Both the position numbers and the translations under genes were made by a program. Below are positions 52,651 to 64,000 of a stretch of 64,000 nucleotides of DNA, piece after piece. Position 1 is the stretch's first letter; each line of letters starts with the position of its first letter. Origin of the DNA: Camelus dromedarius. Its lineage: Eukaryota. The DNA is taken from assembly GCF_036321535.1 (NCBI RefSeq), contig NC_087437.1:18912001-18976000 (forward strand), in the 5' to 3' direction. The notes under the pieces are model-generated. The model had not been told where the DNA came from and made no database searches. It saw only the letters and a list, made by a program, of their open reading frames with translations.

Positions 52651-53446
52651 AATAAAACAAATACTTTCTACTATTCATTTTCCTGTCCTGTTCTGTGTGT
52701 GTGTGCAACATTCAATATATGCATATGCTAAAAAATGATCACCACAATAAGTCTGGTTAACAGCAATCACCATACAGAATTACAAATTGTTTTTTCTTAT
52801 GATGAGAACTTTTAAGATTTAATTTTTAGCAACTTTAAAATATATAATACAGTATTTTAAATTATAGTCATCATGCTGTACACTACACCCCCAGGACTTA
52901 CTTACTGTATAACTGGAAATTTGTACCTTTTGATGCCTTTTATCTCTCCCACCTTGCCTGCCTCTGGTAACTACCAATAAGTTCTGTGTATCTATGAGTT
53001 CCTTTTTTTTTTTTTTTTTAAGAATCCATGTATAATAAGATCATACAGTATTTGTCTTTCTCTGTCTGACTTATTTCAATTAGCATAATGCCTTCAAAAT
53101 CCATCCATGTTGTCACAAATGGAAGAATTTCCTTCTTTTTATGGCTGAATACTATTCCATATATATGTATGTGTATATATATATATATCACATTTTCTTT
53201 ATCCACTTATTATTGATGGACACTTAGGTTGTGTCCATATTTTGGCTATTCTGAATAATGTTGCAATGAACATGGGGTGCAGATATCTTTTTGAGTTAGT
53301 GTTTTTGTTTACTTTGGATAAATACCCAGAAGTGGAGTTGCTGGATAATATGATAGTTCTATTTTTAATTTTTTGAGGAACCTCCACACTGTTCTCCACA
53401 GTGGCTACATCAATTTGCATTCCCACCAACAGGGCACAAGTATTCT

Positions 53447-53587
53447 CTTTTAAAAAAGATTTTATTTTTTTTGGGGGGGATTAGACTTTTATTTATGTAT
53501 TTGTTTTTGATGGAGGTACTGCAGATTGAACCCAGGATCTTGTGCATGTTAGGCATGCACTCTACCACTGAGCTATATCCACCCCCT
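53447..53587 (-). mobile_element. Vic-1-like SINE
   Basis: ggaggtactgcagattgaacccaggatcttgtgcatgttaggcatgcactctaccactgagctata. Confidence 0.85.
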
Positions 53588-55178
53588 CATGAAGATTCTG
53601 TTTGTTCCACGTCTTCACCAACACTTGTTTTATGTTGTGTTTCTGATTATATCCATTCTGACAGATATGAGCTAATAATCTCATCGTGGTTTTGGTTTAC
53701 ATTTCCCTGTTGACTGCTTTATGTTGAGCACATTTTCACCCACCTGTTGGCTATTTGTATGTCTTCTTTACAAAAATGTCTTTTCAGATCCTCTGCTCAT
53801 TTTTTAATTGATTTTTTTTTTGCTATTGAGTTGTATGAGTTCTGTATGTATTTTAAATCTTAGTGCCTTATCAATGTATGATTTGAAAAATATTTTCTCC
53901 CATCCTGTAGGTTGTCTTTTCATTTTGTTGATGGTTTCCTTTGCTGTGCAGAAGCTTCTTAGTTTGATTATGTCCCATTTGTTTATTTTTGCTTTTGCTT
54001 CTCTTGCCTGAGTAGATAGATCCAAAAGATATTGCTAAGAATGATGTTAAAGAGCATACTGCCTATGTTTACTTCTATTGGCTTTATAGTTTCAGTTCTT
54101 AGGTTCAAGTTTTTAATCCATTTTGAATTGATTTTTGTGTGTGGTGTAAGATAGCGGTCCAGTTCCATTCTTTTGCATATGGCTGTCCTGTTTTATTGAA
54201 AAGATTGTCCTTTATCCATTGTGTATTCTTGGCTCCTTTTCATAAATTATTTGACCATATATGCATGAGTTCATTTCTGGACTCTTTTATGTTCCATTGA
54301 TCTATGTGTCTGTTTTTAGGCCAGCATCATTCTATTTTGATTACTGTAGCTTTGTAATATGGTTTGAAATCAGGAAGCATGATGCCTCCAGCTTTGTTCT
54401 TCTTTCTCAAGATTACTTTTGCTATTCAGATTTTTTTTTTTTGGTTCTATAGAAATTTTAGGATTATTTGTCTATTTCTTTGAAAAAAATGTGATTAGAA
54501 TTTTGATAGGGATTGTGCTGAATCTGTAGATTGCTTTAGGTAGTATAGACATTTTAACAATATTTATTCTTTCAATTCATGAGCGTGGGATGTATTTCTA
54601 TTTACTTGTGTCTTCACTTTCATCAGTGTCTTAGAGTTTTCACTATACAGATCTTTCATCTCCTTGGTTCAACTTATTCCTAGAAATTTTATTCTTTTTG
54701 ATGCAAATGTAAGTGGGATTGTTTTCTTAATTTTTCTTTCTCATTAGTGTATAGAAACACAACTGATTTTTGTATACTGGTTATATATCCTGCAACTCTA
54801 CTGAATTTGTTGATTAGTTCTAACAATCCCTTTGATGGAGTCTTTTCTATATATAATCTGTCATCTGCAGTGACAGTTTTACTTCTTTCTTTTCAGTTTA
54901 TATGCCTTTTATTTCTTTGTTTGCCTAATTGCTCTGCTGGGACTTCCAATGCTGTATTGAACAAAGTGGTGAGAGTGGACATCCTTGTCTTGTTCCTGAT
55001 TTTAGAGGAAAAGTTTTCAGATTTTCACAATGAGTATGTTAGCTATTGGCTTGACATATATGGCCTTTATTATATTGATGTACATTCCGTCTGCACCCAC
55101 TTTGTTGAGTTTTTATCATAAATGAACACTGGGCTTTGTCAAATGCTTTTTCTGTCTCTGTTGAGATGATCATATGAT

Positions 55179-56695
55179 TTTTAAAAAGTTTTATGTTTTT
55201 TAAAATTGAAGTATAATTGATTTACAATGTTGTGTTAGTTTCTGGTGTACAACAAAGTGATTCTTTTCCATTGTAGTTTACTACAAGATACTGAATGTGG
55301 TTCCTGGTGGTGTACAGTAGGACATTGTTGTTTATCTGTTTTATATATAGTAGTTTGTATCTACTAATCCCAAACTCCTAATTTACTCCTCCCCCTTTCT
55401 CCCTTGGTAAACATAAGCTTGTTTTTTGTATCTGTGAGTCTGTTTCTATTTTGGAAGTAAATTCAGTTGTGTCATTTTTTTAGATTCCACATGTAAGTGA
55501 TGTATGATATTTGTCTTTCTCTAATTTATTTCACTTACTATGATAATCTCTAGGCCCATCCATGTTGCTGCAGTTGGCATTATTTCATTCTTTTTTTTAT
55601 GGCTTCTTTATCCATTTATGTGTTGGTGGACATTTAGGTTGCTTCCATGTCTTGGCTGTTGTAAATAGTACTACTATGGGGTACATTGGGGTGCATGTAT
55701 CTTTTCGAATTGGAGTTTTCTCCAGATATATGTTCAGCAGTGGGATTGCTGGATCATATGGTAACTCTATTTTTAGTTTTTACTAGACACTCCATACTGT
55801 TTTTCAGAGTGGCTGCACCAATTTACACTCCCACCAAGAGTGTAGGAGGATTCCCTTTTCTCCATACCCTCTCCAGCATTTATTATTTGTAGAGTTTTTT
55901 ATGATAGCCATTCTGACCAGTGTGAGGTGATATCTCATTGTAGTTTTGATTTGCATTTCTCTAACAATTACTGATGTTGAGCATCTTTTTATGTGCCTAT
56001 TGGATACCAATGTCTTTTTTGGAGAAATGTCTATTTAGGTCTTCTGCCCATGTTTTTATTGGGTTGTTTGTTTGTTTTGTAATTGAGTTGTATGAGCTGT
56101 TTGTATATTTGGAAAATAAGCCTTTTTCAGTTGCATTGTTTGCAAATATTTTCTCCCAGTCCATAGGTTGTCTTTTTGTTTTGTTTATAGCTTGTTTTGC
56201 TGTGCAAAAGTTTGTAAGTTTGATTAGGTCCCATTTGTTTATTTTTGCTTTTATTTCTATTGCCTTGAGAGACTGACCTAAGAAAACATGGCTATGATGT
56301 ATGTCAGAGAATGTTTTGCCTATGTTCTCTTCTTGGAGATTTATGGCGTCCTATCTTAATGTTTAAGTCTTTAAGACATTTTGAGTTTATTTTTGGGTGT
56401 GGTATGAGGAAGTGTTCTAACATCATTGATTCATGCTGCTGTCCAGCTTTCCCGACACCACTTGCTGAAGAGACTGTCTTTTCTCCATTGTATGTCTAGC
56501 CTTGTTTGTCAAAGATTAATTGACTATAGGTGTGTGGATTTATTTCTGGGCTCTCTGTTATGTTCCATTGATCCAAATGTCTGTTTTTGTGCCAATACCA
56601 TGCTGTTTTGATTACTGTAGATTTGTGGTATTGTCTGAAGTCTGGAAGGGTTATGCCTCCAGCTTTGTTCTTTTTCTTCAGGATTGCTTTGACAG
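55179..56695 (-). mobile_element. Nested 1.5-kb L1 3' fragment with 17-bp TSD
   Basis: TSD tgagatgatcatatgat at 55162-55178 and 56696-56712. ORF2 peptide [22 protein letters not shown]. Confidence 0.9.
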
Positions 56696-57329
56696 TGAGA
56701 TGATCATATGATCTTTATTTTTCATTTTATTATTGTAGTGTATCACATTCACTCATTTGCAAATGTTAAACCATCCTTGCATCCCTGTTATAAATCCCAC
56801 TTGATCATAGTATATAATCTTTTTAATGTATTGTTGAATTTCACTTGCTAATATTTTGTTGAGGATTTTTGCATCTATGTTCATCAAGGATATTAGCCTG
56901 TAATTTTCTTTTCTTGCAGTGTCCTTGCTTGGTTTTGGTATCAGGATAATGCTGGCCTCATAGAATGAGTTTGGAAGTATTCCCTCCTCTTCTATTTTTG
57001 GGAAGAATTTGAGAAGGATTGGTATTAATTCTTCTTTGAATGTTTGGTAGCATTCACCAATGAAGCCATTTAGTCCTGGACATTTGTTTTGATTACTTTT
57101 TCAATCTCCTTAGTAGTAATTGATCTGTTCATATTTTCTATTTTTTTCTGATTCAGTCTTGGTAGATTGCATGTTTCTAGGAATTTATCATTCTAGGTTG
57201 TTCTTTTTTTTTTTTGCCTATATATTCATTATATGTTCATTATAATGTCATACGATCTTTTTTTTCCCCCTGTGGCATCAGTTGTAATATCTCCTCCTTC
57301 ATTTCTGATTTTATTTATTTGAGTCCTCT

Positions 57330-57431
57330 TTTTTTCTTTAAAATTCTTTTTAATAGAGGTACTGGAAGTTAAACCCAGGACCTTGTGCATGCTAAGCATG
57401 CGCTCTACCTCTGAGCTATATCCTTCTCTGC
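57330..57431 (-). mobile_element. Vic-1-like SINE (short tail)
   Basis: gaggtactggaagttaaacccaggaccttgtgcatgctaagcatgcgctctacctctgagctata. Confidence 0.85.
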
Positions 57432-58149
57432 CCTCTTTTTTTTTTCTTGCTGAGTTTATTTCACTTATCTTAAAAAAAAAACAGCTCTTAGTGTCATTCT
57501 TCTCTGTCATCTTTTTAATCTTTATTTCATTTATTTCTGTTCTAATCTTTGTTATCTCCTTCCTTCTAGTACTTTTTGGCTTAGTTTGTTCTCCATTTCT
57601 AGTTCTTTCAGATGTAAACTTAGATTGTTTATTTGAGATCTTTCTTGTTTTTAGTATAGACAGTTATTGCTATGAATTCCCTATTAGAATTGCTTTTTTA
57701 AAAATTTTTGAGTTTTAGTAGTTCTCTGTATATTTTGGCTAACAGTCCTTTACCAGATACATCCTCTGCAAATATTTTCTACCTGATTGGGACTTATTTT
57801 CTCCTTTTTTTTTGATGGTTGGCATATATTTTAATCTTATTTGTTTTGTTATTTGTCCCCTTAAGACATTATTAATCTTTAAATCAGTCATTCTTTGTTT
57901 ATATTTACCCACATATATACCTTTCTCTTTGTTATTCTTTTCTCCCCCCTGCTTCTCATAACTTCAACTTGGGGTCATGATCCTTCTGCTTGAAATATAT
58001 CATTTAGGATTTTTTAGCAAGCATTTACTGGTGGCAAACTCACTCAGTTTTTTGTTTATCTGAAATTGTCTTTAGTTTGCCATCATATGGTGGAAATTTT
58101 TATAGAACAGAATTAGTACTATAAATTGTAAACAATTGTAATCAATAAC

Positions 58150-60120
58150 TGATTTTGGGGCAATGACTTTAAATATGGAAATAATTTAATCCCTACTTCC
58201 AACTGTAAACAAAAATAATATCCTAAGAAATTAGTTATCTAAATTGGAAAAAAAATTAAGCCATCAGAAGAAAGTATAGGAAATATCTTTATGATCTTTC
58301 TTGGGAATGATTTTTAAACTGACACAAAAAGTACAGAGTATAAAAGATTGTGAAATTTCGCTATATGAGAATTATTACGGCCTATACAATTAAACAAGTT
58401 AAAAAATAGGTGGCACACTAGAAGAAAATATTTATAAGCTATAAAACATAAAGGATGATTTTAATATATAAAAATGAATATGAAAAAAGATTTCAAATTA
58501 ATAAAGAAAGGGTCTCATAGGTCTAACAGAAAAAGAGTCAAGGCTATAAACTTACAGTAAAGAGAAGGAAATATATCAATGAACAGATTTCTGCTGAGTA
58601 GTATAAAGAAAGTGTAACTTCTTTATTTATGTAATTGACCTCATGAGCCTCCACCTCATTAGTATGGGGGATTTGGGCATGCGGAATGAGGAATAGGCAC
58701 CACTATAAACTTTACAGATAAGTGACTATCAGACATTTTTGGTTCTAATTCCCCTTCAGATAACACAGGCGCCTTTCTGTAAATGTTCCCTGTTCGGATC
58801 TGTTGTCTTCCTCTTGCTTCTCCTCAGGCTGGTGGCTGGGAACATGGTGTGTGGGGGCAGACTCACCTGGTCTGAGTACCATCCTCCATCTTATTTTTCC
58901 CTGATTCTTAAGTAGGAAGTAAGGAAAAAACCTTCTTTTTCTTGGCCTTCTCCTCAACTAATGCTAAAGCTTTTTACTCATAAAAGCTGGAAGTCATGAT
59001 ACATGTGAGTGATGTATGCTTACATTCTCTACTCTGTCCCTCTTTTATTTTCCACATCCTACTCTTGGGTAAGAGTGGCCCTTTCCTCTTAGCATTCTTA
59101 TTCAGTTAGAACTCCTCAGTCCTCTATGCACAATGATTTCTGTCAAAACTCTATGTTCAGTCTTCTAGACTTTGCTGTTGATATTTAAAGGTTACTTAGG
59201 AAATTCAAATGTAATTTTTCTGCCTGGAGAAATTTGAGTCTCATGACGCTTGCCTAGTAATGGACTAAATAGTCAGCTTTGAAACTCCAGACAGAAAGCT
59301 AAGTGCTTTAATCTATGTTAAATCTAGTGTCCTCACCACTGAAAAGTTTAAAGCCATTAGACTTGATGGGTGATAAGTTGAAAGACAGTAAGATTTATAG
59401 TGTATGAAAATTATCTGAAATTGCTTTTAAAAATATTATTCCCATTACATATGAAAAACTGCACTATCTTACCAATAGTGAGGAAATTGCAAATTAAAAA
59501 AATGCCATTGGCAAACAATTTAAAGTTTGGTGTTATAGTTTGGCGAAAGACTACTAGAGGTTGTTTAAACCATTGCAACCACTCTAGAGAACAGTTCAGC
59601 AATATTTAATGAAACTGTAAATGTATATATCATGCCACTCATCAATACAGCTTCTAAGTATATTTCCTAGAGGAACTCTTCTTCAGGTGCATAAGATGAC
59701 AAGTGTGAGGATGTTTACTACAGTTTTGTTTGTAATACTGAAAACTATAAACACAAATATCCATTAATAAATGAATGAATAAAATATGGTATGTTCATAT
59801 GATGAAAGCTGAAATCTTTAGGAGAAATGAACCATATATATATATCTGTAAGTGACAATTTCAAAAATAAAGTTGAGGGAAAAAGTAAACTGAAGAATAT
59901 AATGCTAGTTATAAAAATTTAATTGTCCACAAAGCAATATAAGTATTGATTATTTATATCTATATACATATATCTATATTCATATATTGATGAGAATGAT
60001 ACCCACCAAATTCATGATGTTATGAGAATCCTCAGGGGACAGGAAATGGGAATCAAAGGATATGACTACATTATCTGTAATAATTCCTTTTCTTTATAGT
60101 ATAAAGACTTCAAGGAAATA
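58150..60120 (+). mobile_element. Ancient L1M fragments (discontinuous)
   Basis: agaagaaagtataggaaatatctttatga, ggaaattgcaaattaaa and aaatatccattaata motifs. Confidence 0.55.
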
Positions 60121-60694
60121 GTGCTAAGAAATATCAGCTGCCACTTCTGGGTGGTGGGCTCATAAGCATGAAAAAATGCTCAATAATGAATCAGACCAAG
60201 TGTCCATGATATGAGGCTGAGTGTGTCCTAGGGAGTATCTGTTCTTATCACCCCCCAGGAGAAATCACGGTAAAGCCCAGACTACCATGAAATTCAGAAA
60301 TACCCAATTGTTTGTTCAAGTACAGGAGACTTGTACAGACATTGTACAGACTGCTTCTGTAAGGAAACAGTATCATAGCTTCTTCCTTTCCTCCTTCCAT
60401 TAAATATTGCTTTCAATAATTTCTTCATTCCAATTTTGGAAATACTTCCCCAAAGTCCCATGTATTACATTTGTGCCATTTATTTATTCACAATGCATTT
60501 ATCTTGATTGACCAGGTCCAGGTCCAGGGAAAGGTGTGAGGAAAGCAAGAAGGAAGGGAAAAGGAAAATTGCTGATCAGACTTTATCCAAATATTCAAGA
60601 CCTACATGAAGAAAATTAGTCTTTTTTTTTAACTGCCAGAGACCATAATAAATGGAGATGAACATCAAGATAAAAAGGATCAATTTCTTGAAAT

Positions 60695-61045
60695 TGTGGT
60701 GGACAGTGTGATGCACCAAACAGAATCTTCTTCAGTGAGAGTTGTTTTTATAACTGGCTTTAGCTATCATCCCCTTTAGAATTTGTCTCAGGTTAAGAAA
60801 GCTACCTTGCCCAGGGCCATGGCCCTTCTCTGGTCTTTCACACCCACTGACTGATGGATGAGGGAATTGGGCTATCAGATTAACCTGGGACAACTCTAAC
60901 CAGCCATTCTAACTCCAGAGCTCCCAGTGAAGTTGGCTGAGACTGTCATAGGACCTGCTACACCTCAGCTTCTTCCTCTGACCACTCGTGTTTACTTTGC
61001 TTCTCTTTCACAAGGCTCTTAATAAAAATTGTGCTTGCTTGAAAA
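60695..61045 (+). mobile_element. ERVL LTR16-like solo LTR
   Basis: ctccagagctccc...ggctgag...ctcagcttcttcctctg...cttaataaa. Confidence 0.5.
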
Positions 61046-61583
61046 AAATGGGGATCAGAAGTACTTCAGAAGACACTGTGGAGGTCATACAGGTAAAACC
61101 ATAATTACAAAAAGAAGGAAAACCTGGAATGGAGAGAAAGAAGAGGTGCATGGGACAATGATGAAAAAGAGCATACATTGGTGAAAAAATTGAGATGAGT
61201 TTGAGTCAAGAGTAGGGATGAAACAAGAAAAATGGACTTGGCTAAAGGTGACAGAGGTGAAAGAAATAGCTTGTGCGGCAGAGGCAAGGGATCTAAACAT
61301 CCATGGTTGGCTATTTGTGGTCTACTGTCCTTGCTAAAAGTCCTTACCAGAATCCCTCCCCCCATTCCAATTTTTTTGCTGCCGCTGATTATGGCATTTT
61401 GCTAAAAACAAACAAACAAACAAAAAACCCCCAAACCAGACACCAACAAAACTGGAATAAAACCCTCACTTGCCCGCTGTCTACGAAGGAAGATTCTCCA
61501 TCTCTGGTGGCATGTGCTCTTAGTGGGTCTAGGTAGATTACTAAGAGCCGGAAGCCCGGTGGTAAGGAATTGTGGGAGGCAGT

Positions 61584-62315
61584 TCATTCCTGGATAAGGC
61601 ATCTCTGGGCCTTGCGCTAAGGATGGTGAGGGCGTTGGGGGCGCTCGTGGGAACTTCAACTCAGAGAGGGAGGCAGAGGTTGGAGTGGTGTGTTCGGGAA
61701 GGGCTCCGGAAGGTAGAAGTCCACAGTGTAGTCATGGTAAGGAGAGCGTCTCTCTGGACTAGGGCTGGGGGCCCAAGGCCAGGACTCTGAAGAGCAGAAC
61801 CCAGCAACTGAGCTGGCTGCAGCTTCCATCCCAGGCGTCAGGAACTCGGCATCCTCCTCCTTCTGGTCCTCCTCACCCTCCTCCTGCTCCTCGTCGGCCT
61901 CTTCTTAGTCGGAGATCTCTGGGACAGCTACACAGAAGGATCCCTGCTCCAGGGCGGTGGACTACCCCCCGAGTGCTCAGGAAAGCAGCCTGTTCCAGGC
62001 CGTGTCCGCACTGGAGTTCGACGCCTGAGCCCAGGAGAGCCTCAGGGACCACCAGCGCGAGGGTGCGATCTCTGACAGACACTTACAGCATCGACGTGGT
62101 CTTGGGCTCCAGCAGCAAGTCCACGTCGTCCAGAGCCAGATGCAGGGCACAACCGGAGACCAGGACCACGACGGAGGTGAGCGCGCCCAATGGCAGGGCC
62201 ACCATCAGCTCGCCCAGGCTGGACACCGCCTCGGACCCGGGGCCGGTGGGCTCCTCCGTTCGGCGGCACTTGGCAGGCTGGGTCCTCCGGCCTGCGCTTC
62301 CTGGCTGCCCACCAC
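61584..62315 (-). pseudogene. PRR23: PRR23-family (proline-rich 23) intronless pseudogene
   Basis: Reads PAKCRRTEEP...ALTSVVVLVSGCALHLALDDVDLLLEP, FCVAVPEISD*EEA, PSPERRSP, EPFPNTPLQPLPPS and RKAQRCLIQE*. Internal stops at 62083-62085, 61905-61907, 61656-61658 and 61617-61619; frameshifts near 62277 and 61965; GTG at the expected start. Syntenic with the human FOXL2-PRR23 order. Confidence 0.9.
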
Positions 62316-62720
62316 CTCGACTGACGGCACGGCGGACTGCTCTCCCGGGATCTGGCAGAGGGCGACGTAGGGCTTGGTCCTGCACGCTGGGACAGCTCTC
62401 AAGGACCGGTGCACCCCTTCAGAGGATGCAAGCCCGGGAGGGCAGGGTTGGCTTGGGGCGCAGGATGGCGCGACACGGGGCCAGTCCTCGGAGCTCCGTG
62501 GGAGCCTCCCGGGAGTAACGCAGTGCAGACTTCCTATGGAGTAGCATCGGGGCCGCTGTGCTGATCCTCTTGGGTTCGATCTTCAGCTCCTCACGTCGAT
62601 CGGTCTGCGAGCCGGATATAATTCACGACTGGGATGTCATGTGACCTGGGGCGGCCGGAATGTCTCAGTGTAAGTCCCGCGTTCCACCAGAAGGGCACTC
62701 GGTGCGGTGTAGTAGCACGG
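61940..62720. promoter_or_regulatory. CpG-rich region over the PRR23 5' end and putative promoter
   Basis: CpGs are retained within an AT-rich surround. GC box and CCGGAA at about 62648-62660. Confidence 0.55.
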
Positions 62721-64000
62721 AAGCTTTTTTATTTAGAAAGTATGGGGGAATACTCCTTGGATGCCCATATGGGGCCCAGTGGTCTTTATTAGTTTTATAC
62801 TTGGGATAACAGCCAAAATACAACCTCATAAATTGCTTGCTTACTTTTAGAAGTAGCCTATGTCTAATGTCTTCTAGGATTTTCCATGAGGCTATGGGAA
62901 GCCTTTATCCCATCAGTAGTCAGTCCTTCCCAAAGCCACTCACATGGTTCTTGAAATTCTTTTCATTCAGGAAACAAATTAGAAATGCAATTTTTCTTTG
63001 ATAAAAAAGCTTTTAAAAATATTCAAGTGAAATGGATTGATTGTAGTTTTTTTTTTTAAATTGTTGGAAGTCAGGCAGTGGTAATTATTAATAACAGTAG
63101 CAAAATTTTATCGTAAAGTTAGCTTTTTGCATTCAAACTTACTATCTGACTTGTGTTATAATGAGTGTTTAAAAAATTAGTGATCCAATTTCAATTTTTT
63201 CCTCATTGTGCAAAACCAGTTGTCCCAATACTTTTATTGAAAAATTATTTCCTTACTGAGTTGCATCTTTTTGTGGGTTACATACTTTTTTTTTCATGCA
63301 TGGATCTGTCTTTGATCTTTCTATTATGTTGCATTTATTTAACTGTCTAACAAGAAGCAATTGCACACAATTGATATTTTTAACACATTAAGTTTGATGC
63401 AAACCATTTAATACATAATAATACAGTGCTAGTTAAATTAGTATATTCTCATAGTGAAGTTTCTTTGGTCAACAGAATCTTTGTTTATGATAATTTTTGA
63501 AAAATGGTTTTATTAAGCAAAGAATTCCAGGTCAAAACAGTTATTTTCTAGCAGTATTGCTGTTATTCCACTGTTCACTGGTTTCCATTGTTAACTTTGG
63601 GAAGTCAGTTGTCTAACTGCCTTTTTATTGTAGTTGTCTTTTCTTTCCACATATCAAAAGTATTCTCTTTGGATTTGGTGTTTTGTGGGCTTATAATAGT
63701 CTGTCTAAATGTATATTTTAAAAATTTATCACTCTTGAAAGTTGTGGTGCTTCCTGAATGAGGACACTATACTATGTCCCAGAACTACATATATTTTTGC
63801 AAATAGACTTCTTTTCCCCTTCTTCAGTGCTGAAAATCTTGCCACTTCTATCTGCCATAGGAACATGAAGACTAATATCATGCCTTTTTTCATTGTAGGA
63901 ACCTGTTCATCCAAAATATCTCAGGTTAAAAATCTTCAAATATGCAATACATGACCTTTTTTCACTGCCTCCTATCCTTCTCTACTTGCTATACCTTTTC

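Larger units (their letters stand above)
52700..57715 (-). mobile_element. Degenerate L1 ORF2 plus 3' UTR, with nested insertions
   Basis: [53 protein letters not shown] and TQINKIRNEGGDITTD. Confidence 0.92.

Noticed and set aside
47160..57715. RT-like ORF fragments as an active or novel reverse-transcriptase system
   Set aside because: All are broken LINE-1 ORF2 pieces with stops and frameshifts; no ORF1 or 5' UTR is present.
61973..62518. 181-aa plus-strand ORF
   Set aside because: It is the antisense shadow of the GC-rich PRR23 pseudogene.
62684..62698. CTCF-like CCACCAGAAGGGCAC
   Set aside because: An extra base disrupts the core spacing.

Overview
Mammalian genomic DNA, most likely camelid because of its Vic-1-type tRNA-derived SINEs, covering the FOXL2 locus. 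The only intact protein-coding gene I can support is single-exon FOXL2 (minus strand, 8731-9864, 377 aa, forkhead domain, 14-Ala tract). It sits in a CpG island with a bidirectional promoter. On the plus strand, the divergent partner FOXL2NB/C3orf72 (PFOXIC/Foxl2os position) is recognisable only as a disabled ORF. A PRR23-family pseudogene lies at 61584-62315 (minus). The intervening DNA holds an orphan ETS-rich CpG island at about 21 kb, old MIR/L2/MaLR/DNA-transposon relics, and a nested LINE-1 cluster at 45-58 kb. That cluster includes a tailless 5' tRNA-Met half retrocopy and an L1 whose 3' end is non-L1 sequence. I see no evidence for a wholly new biological system. Repeat boundaries without target-site duplications (TSDs) are approximate. 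All family assignments and human comparisons are from memory, not database searches.
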